Below, piece after piece: positions 16,309 through 25,352 of a stretch of 45,004 bases of DNA. The stretch covers positions 1 through 45,004 of the forward strand of contig CAZFIF010000002.1 of NCBI GenBank assembly GCA_964519065.1. The letters are read 5' to 3'. The stretch comes from an uncultured Rikenella sp. GTDB lineage: Bacteria > Bacteroidota > Bacteroidia > Bacteroidales > VadinHA17. The position numbers and the translations under genes are program-made. The notes below the pieces were generated by a model. The model saw only the letters and a list, made by a program, of their open reading frames with translations. It was not told where the DNA came from and did not search any database. Within the stretch, counting starts at the first letter, position 1; every line of letters begins with the position of its first letter.

Positions 16309-18171
16309 ATGAAAAAGCTTACTGTAATATTTCTCGTGGCAACCGCAATGCTTGCCGGTTGCAATACAGCCAGGAAGGCACAGCAGACTGCCGTCCCTGA
16401 TCCGGCGGCTGCCGCTGCAGAAACCCTGGCAGCCATTCCATGCAGGTGCGACAGCGCAGTTAACAGTTCGCCGTGGGTTAAGTTCCTTAGAGTGCCGGAG
16501 CAGGTTACTTACATGCCCCAGTTCGATGTCCTTTGTAAAAGTGAATACCCCGCTGCCGTAACTATAAACGGAGAGAGAGTGAAACAATACAAAACGGGGA
16601 TATTCTTCACAACCGTAAAATTCAACGAGGGAGTGAACAAAATAACGGCTGAGGCAGTGTATCCTGACGGCCGGACAGCTCTCTGCGAACATGTGTTAAT
16701 CTATGAAAAGAGGGACATGACCAGGCCTGTCTACCCGCTGTGGGTCGACAACCGGTCGGTGGAGCCTGCCGCTGACATGGAGCTGCTGCCTGATGAGGTT
16801 GTAAAGGTGAGCTTCCGGGGATCGAAGGGGCAGAACGGCTTTGTTAATGTTCAGCCGGGCAGGACCACTCTTGCGTGCCTGCGCACCGACTTTGACGATT
16901 ACAGTATCTATACGGCGGAGCTGCCCCTGCGCGGCCTGGCCGTGGGAAGGCCTTACACGCTGATGTTAAGATTGGCGCCTGTCGCCGGCGCGCCGGCAAA
17001 GGGCTTATATGTGCCTGACCTGCAGAGGATAGTGACCGTAAGGCAACCGGAGGATTTCCCGCTGGTGAAGGTGAAGAATGAATTCTCAAGGCTTACCTAT
17101 AACCTGGGTTCACCCAGGCTGGGCGGCCCGATACGTGCTGAATTCGGTCCTGGTGTTGTGCTTAAGACCAGCGGCAGAATAGGTGATAACTACAGGGTAA
17201 GGCTCAGCAATGTGGAGTCCGGTATAATTAACAAGGATGACGTTGAGATTATGAGTGGCAGCAAATTACAGCCCTCGTACACGGTGACAAGCATGACATG
17301 TGTTCCGGGTGACAGCGCCGACATCGTCTCAATACCCTGGCTCGAACCTGTTCCCTATGAGGTCTATCCCGACCCGGACCAGAAAAGACTGGTGATAACA
17401 CTGTTCGGTGCTGAGTCGGCCTCGACATGGGTCACACACCGTAAGGGTTGCAGGATGATTGACAAGCTTACATGGGAGCAGGTCACCCCTGAGACCTTCC
17501 GCGTATATGTCAACCTGACCAGTGAGAATATATGGGGCTACGACATCAAACCATCGGGCAGGAGCCTGGTGATGACTGTGAAGTATCCTCCGGTTTATGA
17601 CCTTGCCGGTGAGAAGCCCATGGCAGGGCTGAAGATTGCCATTGAGGCGGGACACGGCGGCGATAATACCGGGGCCATAGGGCTGTCAGGACTGGTAGAG
17701 AAGGATATCAACCTCGACCTCTCTTTGAGGCTGGGAGAGCTCTGCGCCGCGATGGGAGCAGAGGTGATACAGGTGCGCGATTCTGACAGGTACATGCTTC
17801 TCACTGACAAGCGCCGCATAGCCATTGAGTCGGGCGCTGACATGCTGATTAGCATACATGCCAACGCCGGTGGCAGGGGTTATCTCTCCGTGGCAGGGAC
17901 CAGCACATACTGGCACAATCCCTTCTGGGCTCCGCTGGCGCAGGCTATCTATGACAGGATGCTGGAGACAGGACTGGCCGAGTTCGGCGTGGTGGGCTCA
18001 TTCAACTACACGGTTACCAGGGCCTCACAGCTGCCTGCCGTGCTGGTGGAACAGGCCTTCATGTCTCACGCCGAAGACGAGGAGAAGCTGGCTGACCCCG
18101 CCTTCCGCCAGCTGGAGGCAGAGAAGATCTGCGAGGGGATAATGGACTACCTGGATGGGTTAAAGAGGTAA
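16309..18171 (+). CDS. N-acetylmuramoyl-L-alanine amidase (Amidase_3) lipoprotein with a large uncharacterised N-terminal region
   Basis: 620 aa. Lipobox MLAGC. The C-terminal ~180 aa are LKIAIEAGHGGDNTGAIG...DMLISIHANA...LPAVLVEQAFMSH (Zn ligands H/E/H of Amidase_3). I recognise no family in the N-terminal ~440 aa. Confidence 0.85.
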   Translation: MKKLTVIFLVATAMLAGCNTARKAQQTAVPDPAAAAAETLAAIPCRCDSAVNSSPWVKFLRVPEQVTYMPQFDVLCKSEYPAAVTINGERVKQYKTGIFFTTVKFNEGVNKITAEAVYPDGRTALCEHVLIYEKRDMTRPVYPLWVDNRSVEPAADMELLPDEVVKVSFRGSKGQNGFVNVQPGRTTLACLRTDFDDYSIYTAELPLRGLAVGRPYTLMLRLAPVAGAPAKGLYVPDLQRIVTVRQPEDFPLVKVKNEFSRLTYNLGSPRLGGPIRAEFGPGVVLKTSGRIGDNYRVRLSNVESGIINKDDVEIMSGSKLQPSYTVTSMTCVPGDSADIVSIPWLEPVPYEVYPDPDQKRLVITLFGAESASTWVTHRKGCRMIDKLTWEQVTPETFRVYVNLTSENIWGYDIKPSGRSLVMTVKYPPVYDLAGEKPMAGLKIAIEAGHGGDNTGAIGLSGLVEKDINLDLSLRLGELCAAMGAEVIQVRDSDRYMLLTDKRRIAIESGADMLISIHANAGGRGYLSVAGTSTYWHNPFWAPLAQAIYDRMLETGLAEFGVVGSFNYTVTRASQLPAVLVEQAFMSHAEDEEKLADPAFRQLEAEKICEGIMDYLDGLKR

Positions 18172-18181
18172 GAGGGCATAT

Positions 18182-19492
18182 TCAGGAATCTATCCTGTGT
18201 ATCTCTGCTCCCAGGCTATTAAGTCTCCTGTCAAGGTACTGATACCCGCGGTCTATCTGCTCGATGTTGTGAATCAGGCTCTTGCCTTCTGCACTCAGCG
18301 CGGCAATAAGCAGGGCAACGCCTGCCCTGATGTCAGGACTGTTCATCGTTATACCCCGCAACCGTTGACGACGCTCAAGGCCTATAACGGTTGCCCGGTG
18401 CGGATCACATAATATGATCCGTGCACCCATGTCTATCAGCTTGTCAACAAAAAAGAGACGGCTTTCAAACATCTTCTGATGTATCAGCACGCTGCCCCTG
18501 GCCTGAATGGCAACAACCAGAAGGACACTTATCAGGTCAGGAGTGAGTCCCGGCCAGGGGTGATCATATATTGTAAGGATAGAACCGTCAAGGTTATTCT
18601 GAATTTCGTATATATCCTGTTCAGGGATAACAATATCGTCTCCCTCAGTATGAAAGTCCACCCCCAGCTGCATGAACTTCTGCGGGATAACTCCCAGGTA
18701 AGGGATGCCTGCATTCTTTATCCTTAATGATGATCCGGTTATTGCAGCAAGACCTATGAATGAGCCCACCTCAATCATGTCAGGCAGTATCCGATGCCGG
18801 CATCCGCGGAGAGATTTTACTCCCCTTATCTTCAGATAGTTGGATTTAATACCGCTGATATTTGCTCCCATGTTATTGAGCATGAGGGAGAGCTGCTGTA
18901 TATATGGTTCGCAAGCCGCATTGTATATGGTGGTCTCGCCCTCTGCCATCACAGCCGCAAACAGCATGTTGGCCGTACCAGTAACAGAGGGTTCATCAAG
19001 AAGGATGTCGGTTCCTTTCAGGGATTTGGCGCTCAGTCTGAAGAAGCCACGCTCGCTGTCATATTCTGCTTTTCCTCCCATCTGTTCAAACCCGGCAATA
19101 TGAGTATCCATTCTTCTTCTGCCTATCTTGTCTCCCCCGGGTCGCGGGATAACTGAGATCCCGAACCTCGTCAGCAGGGGACCGGCAATCATTACCGATC
19201 CTCTCAGCATGTTTGCCTTCATCAGAAACCCATGATCGAACAGTATATCCGTATTTACGGTTTCCGCCCTGAAAGCATAAGTATCCTCATTGATACGCTT
19301 CACTTCCACACCCAGGTCACCAAGTATCTCTATCAGAAGTTTCACATCAATGATATCAGGAATATTTGAAATGACAACCTCTTCAGAAGTGAGAAGCACG
19401 GCACACAGTACCTGAAGCGCCTCATTCTTTGCTCCCTGGGGTGTGATAACCCCGTGAAGCTTGTTGCCGCCGGTGACTTCAAACGATTTCAC
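18182..19492 (-). CDS. murA: UDP-N-acetylglucosamine 1-carboxyvinyltransferase
   Basis: 436 aa. MKSFEVTGGNKLHGVITPQGAKNEALQ matches the MurA N-terminus. RPGGDKIGRRRMDTH carries a conserved-loop Asp in place of the catalytic Cys of E. coli MurA (the Cys/Asp position). GTG start at 19492. Confidence 0.95.
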   Translation of the reverse strand: MKSFEVTGGNKLHGVITPQGAKNEALQVLCAVLLTSEEVVISNIPDIIDVKLLIEILGDLGVEVKRINEDTYAFRAETVNTDILFDHGFLMKANMLRGSVMIAGPLLTRFGISVIPRPGGDKIGRRRMDTHIAGFEQMGGKAEYDSERGFFRLSAKSLKGTDILLDEPSVTGTANMLFAAVMAEGETTIYNAACEPYIQQLSLMLNNMGANISGIKSNYLKIRGVKSLRGCRHRILPDMIEVGSFIGLAAITGSSLRIKNAGIPYLGVIPQKFMQLGVDFHTEGDDIVIPEQDIYEIQNNLDGSILTIYDHPWPGLTPDLISVLLVVAIQARGSVLIHQKMFESRLFFVDKLIDMGARIILCDPHRATVIGLERRQRLRGITMNSPDIRAGVALLIAALSAEGKSLIHNIEQIDRGYQYLDRRLNSLGAEIHRIDS

Positions 19493-19580
19493 TGTTCAGT
19501 TTTTTTGGGAAACAGCAATTAGCATCCACAAAACTAAGAAGATCTTTATTATAAGGATTTATTTTTTTACTATTGTCTGC

Positions 19581-20612
19581 ATGATTGAATACTGGAAAAA
19601 TATCAGCCTTCGACCATTTAATACTTTCGGTATCGACGTGAAGGCAGACCATCTCTTTCATCTCAGGAGCCGGGAAGAGCTTTTGGAAATTCTTAATCAT
19701 CCTGTTTTTAATGAAGTCTCAGGTGACATGAATAATCTGCTGATCCTTGGGCAGGGCAGTAATATTCTGTTGACACACGACTACAGGGGAGTGGTTGTCA
19801 GGAATGAGATAACCGGGATCCGTCTTATTGAAGAGAGCGAGGAGAGTGTGGTGCTTGAAGCGGGAGCAGGGGTGATCTGGCAGGAGCTGGTTGAATACGC
19901 TGTCAGCCATAACCTGGCAGGGATTGAAAACCTGACCCTTATCCCGGGGACGGTCGGTGCGGCCCCGATACAGAATATTGGTGCCTATGGCGTTGAGGCA
20001 GCCGATGTGATCGTCAGGGTCAATGGTTTTCACCTGGAGAAGAAAGAATGGCTTACGCTCGAGAACAAAGAATGCGGGTTCGGATACAGGGATAGCATTT
20101 TCAAGCGTGAACTCAGGAATAAAGTACTTATCACTTCAGTTGTTTTGAGGCTCTCAAAGGTCTTTCGGCCAAAGCTGGACTATGGGGGCATACAGGAGGA
20201 GCTGGGGAAAAGAGATATCACAGATCCTTCCCTACGGGAAATATCAGATGTTATCGCACAGATAAGAAAATTAAAACTACCCGACCCCGTCACACTCGGC
20301 AATGCCGGCAGTTTCTTTAAGAATCCAACAGTTGGTGAGGCGGAGTTCATAGCTCTCGTCAGGTCATTTCCGGATATCAGGTATTACATGCAGGGCGGAC
20401 TTTACAAGATACCTGCCGGGTGGCTTATTGAGCAGGCAGGATGGAAGGGTTACCGGCTGCATGATGCCGGGTGCTATGACAGACAGGCGCTGATACTGGT
20501 GAATTACGGCAGGGCGACAGGTGAAGAGATACTTGATCTTTCAGAGAAAATTAAGACATCCGTATTTGACAAATTCAGAATTGTCATTGAACGTGAGGTA
20601 AACGTTATCTGA
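19581..20612 (+). CDS. murB: UDP-N-acetylenolpyruvoylglucosamine reductase (type I)
   Basis: 343 aa from the ATG at 19581. SLRPFNTFGIDVKA, LILGQGSNIL, NLTLIPGTVGAAPIQNIGAYGVE, CGFGYRDSIFK and NAGSFFKNP are collinear with E. coli MurB. The track start at 19461 overlaps murA and is rejected. Confidence 0.93.
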   Translation: MIEYWKNISLRPFNTFGIDVKADHLFHLRSREELLEILNHPVFNEVSGDMNNLLILGQGSNILLTHDYRGVVVRNEITGIRLIEESEESVVLEAGAGVIWQELVEYAVSHNLAGIENLTLIPGTVGAAPIQNIGAYGVEAADVIVRVNGFHLEKKEWLTLENKECGFGYRDSIFKRELRNKVLITSVVLRLSKVFRPKLDYGGIQEELGKRDITDPSLREISDVIAQIRKLKLPDPVTLGNAGSFFKNPTVGEAEFIALVRSFPDIRYYMQGGLYKIPAGWLIEQAGWKGYRLHDAGCYDRQALILVNYGRATGEEILDLSEKIKTSVFDKFRIVIEREVNVI

Positions 20613-21264
20613 CAGGAAAGCCTATCGTCTGGGCAAGTATTATTGCCTGCCATGGTTTGAGCTGCATCGCCGGCGCCAGCTCCTGACGAGGGACCATGGC
20701 CCTGATCACGCACGCCAGCCCTTCCGAAGCACAATACAGGTAAACGTTCTGCGCCATGAAGCCTGTGTTGGCCCATGACGATAGCAGATCAGTGTCCGTG
20801 ATGGCCTGATCCTCCCTGAGCCCTCTCTTTGTCAGGTCTGCAACGAAAACCAGGTTTACGGGGGCCAGGGCAGGGAAATCCTGCGTCCCGGTCAGAGCCC
20901 TGATATCGCGGTCGTGTATCTGTTTCAGGACATTTCCCCCGGCATCATAGAGGTACAACCCGCTCTTCAGTGTCACATAAACATCCATCTCCTGCCGGTT
21001 ATGCGATGACGGGGCTGTCCTCTTCCCGTCAGCCGGCCTGTTTATCCCCCAGGCGGCCCAGAGCAGGTCAGAGAGCTGCTGCAGTGAGAGCTCCCTGTCT
21101 GAAAATGATCTGGATGACTGCCTCTCACTGAGGGCATCCATGAGTGGCTTGCCGCCGGCCGTCACTGGAGCCGGCAGAGAAATATCCTGTGCATCAAGCA
21201 TAACGGGAAAAATTATCAGTACAACAATTAGCAATGAAGACAAATTTGTGAATGCCTTTCTCAT
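20605..21264 (-). CDS. Secreted nitroreductase-fold (SagB/ThcOx-like) protein
   Basis: 219 aa with a signal peptide (LIVVLIIFPVMLDAQ). RQSSRSFSDRELSLQQLSDLLWAAWGINRP is typical of the nitroreductase superfamily. The 3' end overlaps murB by 8 nt (convergent). Confidence 0.72.
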   Translation of the reverse strand: MRKAFTNLSSLLIVVLIIFPVMLDAQDISLPAPVTAGGKPLMDALSERQSSRSFSDRELSLQQLSDLLWAAWGINRPADGKRTAPSSHNRQEMDVYVTLKSGLYLYDAGGNVLKQIHDRDIRALTGTQDFPALAPVNLVFVADLTKRGLREDQAITDTDLLSSWANTGFMAQNVYLYCASEGLACVIRAMVPRQELAPAMQLKPWQAIILAQTIGFPVR

Positions 21265-21334
21265 GATGCAAATATTTTGAGGATGAATTTAATGAAATTT
21301 TGCAGGCAGAGCGAACTCACGAGAGTCGTTCTAT

Positions 21335-23596
21335 TCAAGATCCGTTGTTAAGGGCATCACTCATCAGGAAGTCGCGGTGCGATTTAACCATGTTGACGGT
21401 GTAGAGAAGCAGGTTCTTGCTTTCAGTGAGCAGATTCAGATACATCAGGGTGTTCCTGGTTCCGATGGATTCCGATTTGATGTATTTGATCTGCTTTTTC
21501 TTGATCTTGTTAATAAGGTCAAGAATCGTTTGCTGTTCGGCAAGCAGACTGTCCATTTTACTGTGATCCTGGTCCCTGATTACAATCTCGATACGGTCAT
21601 AAAACCTGGTGATTGCCGCACTGAGAACATTCAGGTCCTTTATCTGCTCCGGTATGAGCGATGGATGGTTGTTGTCAAGATGTTCATATACCGGATCGGC
21701 AATATATTTTAGGCAGTGTGCTATCTCCCTGAGGTAGTCAAGAATCTGAACATAGTAAGGCCCGGTTTCGATGAAATCCTCCTCAAGCTTTCTCAGGGTG
21801 GGGTACAGGTTGTATTTCAGATCCTTCGTACGCTGGTTGAGATCATCCACATTCTTCTTCACCTTCTTCATCTTTTTCCAGTCCTCCCCGGTGAGACTGA
21901 CAAGGCATGATGAATAGAGCTTACGGACTGACACCACCACGTCGGTGATTGACGTATTGCATTTGGAAAGTATATTTTCGCCTGTAAGTGTCAGTTTATC
22001 ATCAAGTTCGTCTTTCTTTGAAGACCTGAGGATCTTTCTGTTATGTCTTATTGCGGACCTGATCACTATGAAAAGTGCAACGGCAAGTCCTGACACGACT
22101 GCAATGACACCTCCCCAGTGAAGTACAAGGGCTATCAGAAATGCCACGGTAAAGGCAGTGATGGCAGTAAAAAACCAGCCGCCGATGACGGTAACCACCC
22201 CGGTGATACGGTACACCGCACTCTCTCTGCCCCAGGCCCTGTCAGCCAGCGAGGTACCCATGGCCACCATGAAGGTGACGTATGTGGTGGAGAGAGGCAG
22301 TTTAAGGGATGTGCCGAAGGCAATCAGGCTACTTGCAACGAACATGTTGACCGACCCTCTAAGGAGATCGAAGGATGAGACATCAGCAGGACTCTGGAAC
22401 CTCTTCCTGTAGGATTGGAAATCGAATCTTTTATCGATGAACCTTGTCACTTTTTCGGGTATGATCCTGCCGATAAACTTTGATGCTCCAACGGTATGCC
22501 TTACAACTGACCTGGAAAGGCGCGATGACTCAAATCTCTCCGATCCGGAGCCCTGCCTTGCAAGATTGATCTCAGTCTGTGAAACAGTCCTGGCTTTTTT
22601 AGACATGAAAAGAGTCACAACCATGATCAGTCCGGCTCCCACAAGGAATATGGTCGGTGTCTTGACAGGTTCACTGAGAACTCCCATCAGCATGGTGTCA
22701 GGGTTAAACGACGGATCACTGGCAAACTCCCGGTATGATTCAAAGCCCGCCAGGGGCACACCGATGAAGTTGACGAGGTCGTTGCCGGCAAAGGCCATAG
22801 CCAGGGAGAAGGTGCCGACCAGCACAATGATCCTGAGGATGTTCACTTTGAATAATGAGTAGAGCAGCTGAAGGAGAAGTGTGATTGCCACAAAAGCAAG
22901 AAGCAAAACCTTCATGGTATTGCTGCTGAGCCATTCAAGGGCTTCGGGGGTCATGAAAGAAGCACCCTTGGCTCCCTTAACCAGTATGAAATATACAATG
23001 GCAGTGATAGCAACGCCACCCCAGAGCGCCCCGAAATATTTCATGTATTTCTGGAAATCAAAGGAAAATATGAGGCGCGTAATGAACTGAACTATCGTTC
23101 CAAAAGCAAAGGCGATCACCACCGAGAAGAGAATACCAAAAATAATGGCCAGGGCTTTGGCCGTATTTATATAATTTCCTATGTCTGCCAGGTTATCGGA
23201 TGAATTGAGGATCTTGATGATCGAAATGGCAACAGCCGCCCCCAGCAGCTCGAAAACGATGGAGACGGTGGTGGATGTCGGAAATCCGAAAGTGTTGAAG
23301 GTGTCGAGAAGAATGACATCCGTTATCATGACCGCCAGGAAGATGACCATGATCTCAGAGAAATAGAACTGGCCGGGATGAAAGATTCCTGACCGCGCAA
23401 TCTCCATCATCCCGCTCGAGAACGTCGCACCCAGGATAACACCCAGTCCGGCTATCGATAGTATGACCTTGAGAGATGCAGCCTTTGAACCTACGGAAGA
23501 GTTGATAAAGTTGGCAGCATCATTCGAGATCCCGACGATCAGGTCAGAGACTGCCAGAATAAACAGGACAACTACGATGATCAGATATACATCCAC
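21335..23596 (-). CDS. PiT/PHO4-family inorganic phosphate transporter with a ~240-aa cytoplasmic C-terminal helical extension
   Basis: 753 aa with a GTG start. N-terminal GISNDAANFINSSVGS and later AFAGNDLVNFIGVPL are the duplicated PHO4 signature (GANDVAN-like). Many TM segments. The last ~240 residues are charged and helical. Confidence 0.85.
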   Translation of the reverse strand: MDVYLIIVVVLFILAVSDLIVGISNDAANFINSSVGSKAASLKVILSIAGLGVILGATFSSGMMEIARSGIFHPGQFYFSEIMVIFLAVMITDVILLDTFNTFGFPTSTTVSIVFELLGAAVAISIIKILNSSDNLADIGNYINTAKALAIIFGILFSVVIAFAFGTIVQFITRLIFSFDFQKYMKYFGALWGGVAITAIVYFILVKGAKGASFMTPEALEWLSSNTMKVLLLAFVAITLLLQLLYSLFKVNILRIIVLVGTFSLAMAFAGNDLVNFIGVPLAGFESYREFASDPSFNPDTMLMGVLSEPVKTPTIFLVGAGLIMVVTLFMSKKARTVSQTEINLARQGSGSERFESSRLSRSVVRHTVGASKFIGRIIPEKVTRFIDKRFDFQSYRKRFQSPADVSSFDLLRGSVNMFVASSLIAFGTSLKLPLSTTYVTFMVAMGTSLADRAWGRESAVYRITGVVTVIGGWFFTAITAFTVAFLIALVLHWGGVIAVVSGLAVALFIVIRSAIRHNRKILRSSKKDELDDKLTLTGENILSKCNTSITDVVVSVRKLYSSCLVSLTGEDWKKMKKVKKNVDDLNQRTKDLKYNLYPTLRKLEEDFIETGPYYVQILDYLREIAHCLKYIADPVYEHLDNNHPSLIPEQIKDLNVLSAAITRFYDRIEIVIRDQDHSKMDSLLAEQQTILDLINKIKKKQIKYIKSESIGTRNTLMYLNLLTESKNLLLYTVNMVKSHRDFLMSDALNNGS

Positions 23597-23760
23597 CTGT
23601 TAAAATATTAATGAGATTTCCCTGCCCGATGCGCGGATCTTCCCGTGACACTCTGTTAGGATCATCAATATTGTGTTAAATATAAGGTATTTATAAAAAT
23701 AAATACATTTTGACATGCCGAAATTAAGTCAAATAACAAAAAGTACAAAGAAATAGTACG

Positions 23761-23838
23761 GTTACATTTTTGTTACACATAATTAAATCTGTTGACTATA
23801 TTTACCATTAATATTACGAATTTGTAAAATAGTAACAC
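23761..23838. promoter_or_regulatory. GTTAC/GTAAC motif copies upstream of nikR (possible NikR operator half-sites)
   Basis: GTTACA at 23761-23766, GTTACAC at 23772-23778, and the inverted GTAACAC at 23832-23838 directly abutting the nikR ATG (23840). Half-site sequence resembles the GTGTTAC-N13/14-GTAACAC NikR box predicted by comparative genomics, as I recall it. The spacing here is not canonical. Confidence 0.3.
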
Positions 23839-23839
23839 G

Positions 23840-24262
23840 ATGCCGGTAATCCGATTTGGCGTTTCCCTTGAGAAGGAGCTGCTTGATGCCCTTGACGGTT
23901 TTGTTGAAGAGAATCTCTTTGTCAACCGCTCCCAGGCCATAAGGCATCTCATCAGCAACGGTCTGGCCGAAAACAAGTGGCAGTGCAACAATGAGGTGGC
24001 AGGGTCACTGACCATGATATACGAACATCACCGCAGGGGGCTGGTGGCACAGCTAACCCGCCTGCAGCATGAGAGGAACAACCTGATACTGTCGTCTCTT
24101 CATCTCCACCTTGATCACGGACAGTGTATGGAGCTGCTTGCTGTCAGGGGGCGGGCGGCGGAGCTGACCGCACTGGCCGACAAACTGAGGAGCGTTAAGG
24201 GCGTCAGGTATGCCAGGCTGACCATGACACGTCTGACGGGCGAGGATCATCATGAGGAATAG
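23840..24262 (+). CDS. nikR: Nickel-responsive repressor NikR (ribbon-helix-helix plus ACT-like metal-binding domain)
   Basis: 140 aa. The RHH N-terminus is RFGVSLEKELLDALDGFVEENLFVNRSQAIRHLI. The C-domain YEHHRR...LHLHLDHGQCMELLAVRG is collinear with E. coli NikR YEHEKR...LHVHINHDDCLEIAVLKG (His/His/Cys Ni ligands conserved). Confidence 0.9.
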   Translation: MPVIRFGVSLEKELLDALDGFVEENLFVNRSQAIRHLISNGLAENKWQCNNEVAGSLTMIYEHHRRGLVAQLTRLQHERNNLILSSLHLHLDHGQCMELLAVRGRAAELTALADKLRSVKGVRYARLTMTRLTGEDHHEE

Positions 24263-25352
24263 CAGACTTCCGGCTCTTATATCACTGGTTGCCATGATGC
24301 TTCTTGTATCATGCTCCCCGGCCAACCGTGCAGGCCGTGAGGGGCGTCTTATGACCGATTATACCGGCCGCAGTGTTACCATACCGGATACCGTCCGTAC
24401 GGTCATAGCCCTCAAATCCGGGACGATGAGGCTGCTGTCATACATGGGTGTCACCGGCATGGTAAGTCACATCGAAGGGAGCGAGCAGAGGCGTAACGTG
24501 CCCTACCTCTTTGCCAACCCCCACCTCAGGAGCCTCCCGGTGATCGGTGCGGGCAATAACTATGACACCGAGCTGCTGGCTGCAGCTGAGAGTGATCTTA
24601 TCATAGCCACATTCATGTCGCCGCAGGAGGCTGACAGGCTGCAGCGGCTGATCCGTAAGCCGGTGATCCTGCTCGACTACGGTGACCTGGGAGAGCAGAG
24701 GGATGCTTTTTATGCGACTGTCACACTTCTTGGTGATATTTTTCGTATGCCTGGGAGGGCCGACAGTATAATCAGTTACTTTGAATCAACAATTAATGAG
24801 TGTGCCTCACGGGCTTCACGGGCGACGGAGCCGCGACAGAAGGCCTATGTGGGGGGAGTAGCCTACAATGGCGCACACGGACTGACATCGACTGAACCCG
24901 ACTACCCTCCCTTCGACATGCTATCCCTGAAGAATGTTGCCGGTGAGCCTCAGCTAAGGAATGATAAAAGCGAACCAGGCCATGTGGTCATCTTCATCGA
25001 CCAGGAACAACTGATAGAGTGGGATCCGGATGTCATCTTTCTCGATGCCGCCGGACGCCAGATATGGCAGGAGGAGATCACACCGGGGATAATGAGCAAC
25101 TCCCTCTCAGCATTCCGTGACGGAGAGGTATTTACGGTTCTTCCATACAACTGGAACACTACCAACTATGAGAATATTCTCTGCAATGTATGGTATATCG
25201 GCTCAGTGCTGCTGCCCTCGGCATTCAGTGACGTTGACGTCGCTGAAAAATGCCGGGAGATTTACAGCTTCTTTTACGGCATCGACATATATGATAAGGT
25301 TTACGATTATTACCGGCCCTTTGAGCGGCTGGGTGAAAAAAACGGGGAATGA
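24252..25352 (+). CDS. Substrate-binding lipoprotein of a FecB/BtuF/CeuE-type (cluster A, type II importer) ABC system
   Basis: 366 aa. Lipobox LLVSC. RTVIALKSGTMRLL...ELLAAAESDLIIA pattern of the Peripla_BP_2 family. The start overlaps the nikR stop by 11 nt. Confidence 0.78.
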   Translation: MRNSRLPALISLVAMMLLVSCSPANRAGREGRLMTDYTGRSVTIPDTVRTVIALKSGTMRLLSYMGVTGMVSHIEGSEQRRNVPYLFANPHLRSLPVIGAGNNYDTELLAAAESDLIIATFMSPQEADRLQRLIRKPVILLDYGDLGEQRDAFYATVTLLGDIFRMPGRADSIISYFESTINECASRASRATEPRQKAYVGGVAYNGAHGLTSTEPDYPPFDMLSLKNVAGEPQLRNDKSEPGHVVIFIDQEQLIEWDPDVIFLDAAGRQIWQEEITPGIMSNSLSAFRDGEVFTVLPYNWNTTNYENILCNVWYIGSVLLPSAFSDVDVAEKCREIYSFFYGIDIYDKVYDYYRPFERLGEKNGE

